From a virus (taxonomy: Duplodnaviria; Caudoviricetes): 29,314 bases of DNA. Below, in pieces: positions 26,301 through 29,314 of this stretch (the stretch's first letter is position 1; every line of letters starts with the position of its first letter). The stretch lies in IMG/VR virus record IMGVR_UViG_3300030430_001561, positions 1-29,314 of that record; one strand, written 5' to 3'. The notes below the pieces were generated by a model. It saw only the letters and a list, made by a program, of their open reading frames with translations, did not search any database and was not told where the DNA came from. Position numbers and translations under genes: made by a program.

Positions 26301-27595
26301 CATCCGCCTTGATCTCGTTCAACATCAAGACCTTCTTCAAGGTTCTGTTTGGTGGCATCAACAACCTGCAACTGGATGAAACATCGACGGTGGACATTTC
26401 CAAAGGCACGGCACGAGCCATGAAGTTGTTGATGTCCGGCAGGTTCTCCGAGTTCTATGAGAGCGAGATTCTCGCACGCAACGGATACTTCTGGGATCGT
26501 GATCACTCCAGCCCGATTGACCGGCGGGTCACCTTCACCCGTGATGACGGCATCGCCAACGTCAAGGATGTGGTCAAGTTCAACGAGGTGATGTACCGGG
26601 GTGTCGCCAAGTTCTACGAGGGCTTGCAGGCTTTGGCGGTTGGGGATCGCACCCTTGCCAAGCGTAAGGCGCGCGAAGGCTTGCGAGCCATCCGAGGTAT
26701 GGGTCGTGCCATCCCCGTGCTTCGACTGCTTGACCAGTTCATCGTGGCAAGTGCTGTGCTGTCCAAAGCAGAGCCTGACGCTATCACCGACGAGGCTTTG
26801 CACGAAGCAGAACTCATGGTTCGCAACACCCAGAACACCTCGTCTGCACTGGACGATGCACAGTACGCGGCGGTTGCTCGGGTCAATGGCGGCCTGCCAG
26901 CCCTGCTGACCACATTCTCATCCGACCCTTTGAAGACTGCATCCCGTATGCGTGAAGCCCAGCCGGGTACGCAAAGAGCCAAGCGGATCGCGGTGGCCAT
27001 GGGTGGTAACGCAGGTATCAGCATCCTTGCCAACCACCTGCACCTGATGCTGATGCTCGCCCTGCTTGACGATGATGATGAGGCCGACGAGTTGCTCGCC
27101 GCCTACGAAAAGGCCAAGGTCGCTGATGGTTACGACAAGGTTGTGATTGAAGAAGTGATCGGGCGAACCGGACCTCTGGGCTTCATCTTCGGACGGCCCG
27201 TCTCGTTCCTCTACAATCAGGTAGAGAACGCAATGACTGTGGAGGGGGCCAAGGTCTCACCACGCACGGCCAACCAGTTCGTCGAAGCCATGCTTCCGAT
27301 TGGTATCGCACCCGTTGCCCAGATTCCTGCTCAAGTCATCGACGTTGCGTTCAACAGTGGCAAAGACCCGAACCGGATGTACGAGAACTTTGAACAGTTG
27401 ATGGTGCAGTTGCTTCAGGTTGTGTTGGGTCTGCCCATCGGACCAATGAAGCCGTACCTCGACGCGGGCTTCACCGAGACCAACACGGCGGAGATCAGGT
27501 CAGCCGAGTACGGGCTGCGGAACACGTTGGGCAAAGAGGTTCTCAAGGAACACGAGAAGGTTCTCAAGAAGGGCCGGGCCGCCACTAGGCAATAG
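17318..27595 (+). CDS. Giant polyvalent internal virion/ejection protein, 3425 aa: Gly-zipper membrane region, HExxH metallopeptidase, ART-like module, glycosylase-like/SAM-lyase-like module, second ART-like module, coiled coil and helical C-terminus
   Basis: Gly-zipper (GAAFAGAGALATAWTGPGALVGAKIGFLVG), EGFEEG motif, HEMVH at aa 621-625, FKNWFGNSKVVDEQGRPIIMYHGT...GYDGV...QVKSATAN (ART-PolyVal pattern), WY...SATSAQ...N...VLDV...QAVLW, FYHGS...LYLS; last gene of the structural operon. Confidence 0.85.
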   Translation: MTDIDTYLSQIQRLEDSLLPPDRYLEIQKQQSEGLRTLFGQPASGSVQGASSALESTIKQQLANAYTGQELLEYSPGQYKTHAAREMFRKTYDQRFSELTKDLQDGDVPGYIEAFWEGNTSTMEDSVLQFVEHGLSTKDFKSDEERQAYVDAMQRASAAYKGIIGSGGTGKQAALTFGETLNEITGTGAAFAGAGALATAWTGPGALVGAKIGFLVGSAVGMGRLAFRLYDATEREYESELVNENIKRATEGREMMKYNRNEVVKRASTAVATEGLVEAGSALAFGFGGNAAIRMLRRGAGDVADDAVKAATKAAIRDTQSVTGRVLRTAGEEIKKKVGHGMVTEGFEEGAANILNSLAANAISEIDMDRLDFGEAGHDALIGAIVGGGLAVGNNVAYAPIQAGLRRKARKELGTRIRTGMAAARDTMEMEENLEGDVQAFAEKDDAAQQEEIAGFQSERAKLEAERESTRRQRIEKAAEFGEARKAGEETDGLLEEYQLLEEKEATLTSEINRIDTGLAARRGVLGVPVAGGEAASQTVEETLDRVGKRSGGTLTEAESLTEDEQAAVDMGRDMGVEVVVFEGSQPSFYSNRTTKDGKGVLFLNRDAVTSKADGQSEVLHEMVHYIQHTNPELYSEIRAELDELSILSAGMDYVAVGEDARPTDKRAATAAVAVANGLTLGNSLEEVEAVARLEAEGVARALEKGKRANKSRIDNLLVRLGLGTKEETAARNVLGLLKQANEDGRMVAPTDKVTGLGAAAVRLSEQATSKDIAEEKAEKASQTALQPFYDRIDAAGAAETPAADESSAEAAEVPEGDLPDIDEDIDVDISENRLRATAEGNRIAVTETPEFKNWFGNSKVVDEQGRPIIMYHGTRFEMADLPGGTSMSFDPLLGDGGMHLTSHPRVAAKFATRSISEQILKRELHGEVLNHYQIENYLAPEGGRVYPLYLRIEKPLTIRDTGSWNSQESFEVIADFAGVPRVRAYRIGAEGLNAGSQIALAELQAEIDHARKIGDTHTENLKTRDLHHLQMHMANGGYTAADMAHGFPVHPGLKAMNFGLAHLLRSLGYDGVRYLNRYEMPLGVADTKRFGHQQGSTVAEFQSRSEAKFNKRSPYNNTRYGKALTDEEMQELLDENGVEEDICYYCIDANQVKSATANKGGYRLDSDDISENRSVSKKKKAQSKKAKDQADRAAPGHIMPGVEKALSAVTLLDLERVVPEADKTGGEPMKLRNGHPHRMADGRSFNQMEPSTTITLPPLTEEDMQQAHEAAVFAIGGESEFEALKARNAMKVKLEPSVPNLQVGNKRDGIDPSTQGVLGTEEYNRLREANPPDPEAEPTAISADLVHNEDGTPAIIDPEFVNESLALPAAQRFWYETFGEDVATFLPDIFGAHNDSLLLANLISATSAQTAVEQNMRRGLSIYASTKSGQPSFVGMPIPTSVQQAQLLEEYGLDGQYKTGSFAPTLMLGLGVFNEQRGVPLTVLDVIMSRFFRLPQSVFSDPIMYRYGHTVMAKIAQIVNQKRAMTPEYVEAQGRIRNGTATDADVMLVEAVRPWQVQAVLWSNRADDSGTFSDAMKLIREDLIAVGIEPDDQGGFSTEQLTSPEALRAIEAASAVRSGTVTSLQVGQVAGQASLQKDNLVALAYALLNSDVLTDAQKQTLRNKLSKVTQQDINLLKEIVGGRNRLTPAKNARVGLELGSYEAFVDAALVQDAVTEAMSRVAAEGGVVADVKIGKGMGETLSVRIPVAAFGLGYNATAALPAAEQAGLDKSGLYRTASMGLMSNNKVLGEGTYAIGSAGVRDGFITPEEHILAPGLTAAESVFGLKLLGIALGQRVVRAHRVVEAGREGSTPALAVFVPGQFVRQEDMAAVAGAIEPHGMQLIVRAVTNGSLVTAIHADGSAEAITDDATDAFADAMAARYTGDLIVEDIALDYVEEETGLRGDGTDSPAKIRAAEDKFIRQIAREDASPNSDWSTKLSKDAKNDFAQAGITTQADFAKILVPDLKDKQTREAFERAAQLPLKSRKRIATALGRSRAYQLHVQRNQIRQLVADYVVKTADPVAKLEQHLVKAATAGEGVLSAGQAEFATSLIQNETSQSEDISENRPVFYHGSDATFDQTEEGNLYLSKDPAVAAQVGSNVRRFNITGPVESFLPEDRDARAFAVLRSVYNQTVGTDTFPTLDAFIVALDNGTVFQTLADGGTQETVVNALIDQSGSTGVLIPDAVGGAITETLVVSNPAALAEVTEDISENREAPKTRTQLQNRGRANLNKLDRHRAGPMFAMILGDVEKTQKALLGNRLGTSPGLAATDTALGVIEIMEQLSAADADAVAEQHLIELRDATRAAGKRAADAAKSRAEMRIAAEKRKSDEQAVRLRQQRVDALLKAAEDKKRVVGNLKDRLANVKEQLADEKVKNRAALQAQREEFETALNELDADRLARTERLLRNMRERSERDLEALQSKYEARAQVEQIRREAVERFRNILIAQVIKRLPKSERGAFLKALSKPNITLDRFEKIAARIHEASATYEVRAAKDKLARQAKRLKKRKMSQATRTAIQEKLEEAKRLLDVQAAKAKAAQEGLSEQEQRVQNAMELRRVVKLAKNEMGEAEAAYQADREAYMDTKNERGALIRQRVEAIIEAVSKMKDAKSVGDVVGDSRETSFLGYLGKRGTLDLKAVLDELGLTNEHSILAASESGMLSARREILLVLDEAAKDAGFESLTELVAHTSGSKGLTERNFTSFTYRDESGKSKTIQITLGQALKLLAFDDHTLEEIASQATNRKGVIEKPMKLDFSLAEREGKIQISGKNLVEDIIRFRAQAADNMLVDKRLAKFVQRAKKLREQNVRPAGMAALYRLTGTMPEQIPGYEPRKVRREMGDPETALDGNSSQQTLRMAQGASFTKERTGGATIRVTDFMMDYFESVDAGLRLAFMGEPTRVIWAAITDSEVQTELENKLGTDGYRNVKTHIGYALGLVDPTGGDSLQGDITSVGASALISFNIKTFFKVLFGGINNLQLDETSTVDISKGTARAMKLLMSGRFSEFYESEILARNGYFWDRDHSSPIDRRVTFTRDDGIANVKDVVKFNEVMYRGVAKFYEGLQALAVGDRTLAKRKAREGLRAIRGMGRAIPVLRLLDQFIVASAVLSKAEPDAITDEALHEAELMVRNTQNTSSALDDAQYAAVARVNGGLPALLTTFSSDPLKTASRMREAQPGTQRAKRIAVAMGGNAGISILANHLHLMLMLALLDDDDEADELLAAYEKAKVADGYDKVVIEEVIGRTGPLGFIFGRPVSFLYNQVENAMTVEGAKVSPRTANQFVEAMLPIGIAPVAQIPAQVIDVAFNSGKDPNRMYENFEQLMVQLLQVVLGLPIGPMKPYLDAGFTETNTAEIRSAEYGLRNTLGKEVLKEHEKVLKKGRAATRQ
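19802..19819 (+). repeat. DISENR peptide repeat copy 1 (aa 829-834)
   Basis: GAC ATC TCA GAG AAC CGC; follows an acidic linker and precedes ART-like module 1. Confidence 0.95.
20822..20839 (+). repeat. DISENR peptide repeat copy 2 (aa 1169-1174)
   Basis: GAT ATC AGT GAA AAC CGT; directly ends ART-like module 1. Confidence 0.95.
23621..23638 (+). repeat. DISENR peptide repeat copy 3 (aa 2102-2107)
   Basis: GAC ATT TCA GAG AAC CGA; immediately precedes PVFYHGS of ART-like module 2. Confidence 0.95.
24062..24079 (+). repeat. DISENR peptide repeat copy 4 (aa 2249-2254)
   Basis: GAT ATC TCT GAG AAC CGT; ends ART-like module 2 and begins the coiled-coil C-terminal part. Confidence 0.95.
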
Positions 27596-28109
27596 GCATG
27601 GACAGGTGGTCGATCTCTTGCAAGGTGACATGCACGCCGTCCTCAGCACCGTACTGCTTGGTCGCCGTCAGGTAGATTACCTGTGAGTCATCGACGTACA
27701 GAACATCGTTGACTGCATCCATGATCATCTTGGCGAGGTTGTCAATGTCGGGCCGGGCGGTCATGTAGGCGTGGGCATACCTCTCCAGCACCAGCCCCTT
27801 GGAATCGAAGTGCTTCTTGGGCCTCTTGTAAACAAACACCAAGGAGAGCCGGAGGGGACGGTGCGAGGGTATCCATCCACTCGCCGCTGCTGCTTGCTCC
27901 GCCTCAGCCCTCACCGCTCCCTTCCATGCTCTTGCCTTGGTGTTTGTGATTGACACGGCTCGGCCTTTGAACACCCGAGGGCGTGGCAAAGGGACTGGCC
28001 TGCCGTGGACCTTGAAGACTACAGGCCGTACATGTTTTTCACGATCTTCCTGATGTACGCCTGCGGGGTCTTGGCCTTTTGGCTTCTCTCGATCACTGCT
28101 TCCAGACAT
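27585..28109 (-). CDS. rusA: RusA family Holliday junction resolvase, up to 174 aa
   Basis: GRPVPLPRPR, RPDIDNLAKMIMDAVN and DDSQV motifs; start uncertain (ATG 28109 overlaps the upstream gene by 91 nt). Confidence 0.92.
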   Translation of the reverse strand: MSGSSDREKPKGQDPAGVHQEDREKHVRPVVFKVHGRPVPLPRPRVFKGRAVSITNTKARAWKGAVRAEAEQAAAASGWIPSHRPLRLSLVFVYKRPKKHFDSKGLVLERYAHAYMTARPDIDNLAKMIMDAVNDVLYVDDSQVIYLTATKQYGAEDGVHVTLQEIDHLSMPIA

Positions 28110-28603
28110 TGCTTTGCTCCCAGTTCGTCGTACTGTTCGTACACTTTCCTGACCAACTGGATGGCTTGGTTCATGTCCAGACCCAAGTCAGTCAGCACAG
28201 GATACCAACTGAGTTTGGAGTCATCAGCCCTGACCTCCGTAGCGGGACGAGAAGGGGCCTCTACGCCCTTCCGCTTCCGGGCCTGCCGTGAGGCATCCAC
28301 TGCCCTCTTCTTGGCTGAGGAGCCATTGTGGTCCTCGAACCGAGGAATCTGGAGGCCGCCGTCCACGACCTTCAACCAGTCGATGTCGATCATGGCTTGG
28401 GCGAACCCGGCGGTGGTCTCCTCGTCAACCTCCTCGATGGTCCAGTGAGCAAGCAGTCCGTCCGTGGTCTGCTCGTCCGCGATGCACCAGAGGTTGTAGA
28501 GATGGCCGATGACCTCCGCCCTAGAACGAGTCAATACTCTTGCCAGTGTTCGCACCCGCCCATCGGCGGATAGGGTTGTCCTCATCTTTATCCATGCGGG
28601 CAT
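28019..28603 (-). CDS. Phage replication initiator (replisome organiser-type N-terminal winged helix), 194 aa
   Basis: WIKMRT.L..DGRV..LA...IGHL..LW..AD....DG...GFAQAM..I.WL...L.IPRFEDHNG.SAKKRA pattern of phage replication proteins; C-terminal KTPQAYIRKI; strong RBS. Confidence 0.8.
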   Translation of the reverse strand: MPAWIKMRTTLSADGRVRTLARVLTRSRAEVIGHLYNLWCIADEQTTDGLLAHWTIEEVDEETTAGFAQAMIDIDWLKVVDGGLQIPRFEDHNGSSAKKRAVDASRQARKRKGVEAPSRPATEVRADDSKLSWYPVLTDLGLDMNQAIQLVRKVYEQYDELGAKQCLEAVIERSQKAKTPQAYIRKIVKNMYGL

Positions 28604-28934
28604 AAATTACCTCCTCACGCACAGTGTCAAACATCTTACTAATCCCTGCGCCACCTCCCTTACCTGTGGCTTCAAGGTTCATTTCAATCAGGGCATCCAA
28701 GATTTCCACGGCGATCTTGTCCGAGGAGAACTTGACGGGTGAAAGACCCCGGCTTGGGTGCAGCCCATTGACTGCCGATCTTGCTTGGTAGTACCACTCC
28801 AACGCCTCCTCGCGATGGAACTTGGTGGCGGGCAAGTAGCCGGGCGGGCTGATGATGTAGTCGGGCAGGTGCTTGACCAGCCCCGCTGCCATCGCCTTGT
28901 TCATCCAGAATTCAGAAAGGGATGTCTGAGTCAT
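28521..28934 (-). CDS. Hypothetical protein, about 137 aa
   Basis: Fills the gap between neighbours on the same strand; AAGGAG upstream of ATG 28934; 3' end overlaps the initiator gene by 83 nt. Confidence 0.65.
   Translation of the reverse strand: MTQTSLSEFWMNKAMAAGLVKHLPDYIISPPGYLPATKFHREEALEWYYQARSAVNGLHPSRGLSPVKFSSDKIAVEILDALIEMNLEATGKGGGAGISKMFDTVREEVIYARMDKDEDNPIRRWAGANTGKSIDSF
28609..28616 (-). promoter_or_regulatory. Strong Shine-Dalgarno (GAGGAGGT) of the replication initiator
   Basis: Minus strand reads GAGGAGGT-AATTT-ATG with ATG at 28603. Confidence 0.8.
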
Positions 28935-29314
28935 CAAACGTCTCCTTCTTACTAACGGGTTCTGCCTGCATCAGGTACGCACGGGTGATCTTGAAGCGTT
29001 CCTTACCACGAAACTCGCGGACATCGCCAATGGCTGCAATCTCACCGGGGCAGTTGGCACGCATGGTCTCCATCGCGGCATCGTCCCAGCACTCGATCTC
29101 GATGTCCTCTCCATCAACTGAACCAAAGGCTTTGATCCATTTGTTGCCCTTGGGGGTCTCGTTCTCAAACAACTTCCTGAGTTGCACGACCCTTGTCCCG
29201 TCAGGTGCTGGCCCTTCTGCCCCGCCCCCGACGCTTGCTGGAGGTGGTGCAGGCGTGGGAGACCGGGGGGCTGGGGCAGGGGTGGAAGAAGGCAAGGAGC
29301 CTTGTTGGCTGATC
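28912..29314 (-). CDS. 5'-truncated protein: Pro-rich linker, OB-fold-like domain and SSB-type acidic tail (DDSDIPF)
   Basis: Frame open to the window edge; TPKGNKW...IEIECWD...IGDVREFRG..RFKI resembles nucleic-acid-binding OB folds; ends FDDSDIPF like bacterial SSB C-termini. Confidence 0.7.
   Translation of the reverse strand, partial: ISQQGSLPSSTPAPAPRSPTPAPPPASVGGGAEGPAPDGTRVVQLRKLFENETPKGNKWIKAFGSVDGEDIEIECWDDAAMETMRANCPGEIAAIGDVREFRGKERFKITRAYLMQAEPVSKKETFDDSDIPF

Larger units (their letters stand above)
1..29314. mobile_element. Tailed bacteriophage genome segment (podovirus-like morphogenesis operon plus convergent replication/recombination genes)
   Basis: Gene order portal-scaffold-capsid-cement-adaptor-fibre-nozzle-ejection proteins; almost no intergenic DNA; RusA and phage replication initiator on the opposite strand; no host housekeeping genes, integrase or att site in the window, so free phage vs prophage cannot be decided. 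Confidence 0.95.

Noticed and set aside
23693-27033. Long minus-strand ORFs (e.g. 23827..24885 352 aa, 25271..25996, 26105..26803) antisense to the giant gene
   Set aside because: Typical antisense shadows of a GC-rich, Ala/Glu/Arg-biased coding strand; no motifs or RBS support.
17318-27595. Virion RNA polymerase (N4/crAss-type), tape measure or intein in the giant ORF
   Set aside because: No DxDGD/DFDID or T7-like polymerase motifs, no tape-measure periodicity or long-tail genes, and no intein C1...HN or LAGLIDADG motifs were recognised.
28019-28603. Iteron origin inside the replication initiator gene
   Set aside because: No direct repeats or AT-rich tract visible by eye.
1-29314. tRNA, rRNA, CRISPR array, integrase, terminase, alternative genetic code
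   Set aside because: Intergenic space is too small for RNA genes or arrays; no integrase or terminase motifs in the window; genes tile fully under the standard code with TAA, TGA and TAG all used as stops.

Overview
The whole window is a segment of a tailed dsDNA bacteriophage genome (podovirus-like, P22/T7-type morphogenesis layout; no tape measure or sheath gene). The + strand (1-27595) carries a 5'-truncated portal, scaffold, major capsid, capsid cement, head-tail adaptor, a cluster of small accessory genes (basic microproteins, metallophosphoesterase, LamG-like lectin, DUF1415-like, a PEP-CTERM-like protein, membrane/lysis-like genes), a tail fibre, a tail nozzle/stabilisation protein, three probable ejection proteins and a 3425-aa polyvalent protein. 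The - strand (27585-end) carries RusA, a replication initiator, a hypothetical gene and a truncated OB-fold/SSB-tail protein. The main finding is in the 3425-aa protein. It contains an HExxH metallopeptidase domain followed by four exact copies of the hexapeptide DISENR, encoded with different synonymous codons. The copies fall at the borders of putative effector cassettes (two ADP-ribosyltransferase-like modules, and one module with glycosylase-like and SAM-lyase-like motifs). This suggests an injected, self-cleaving, cassette-swapping polyprotein. A Phycisphaerae-type PEP-CTERM-like tail hints at a Planctomycetota host. All family assignments are from motif recognition by eye; no searches were run.
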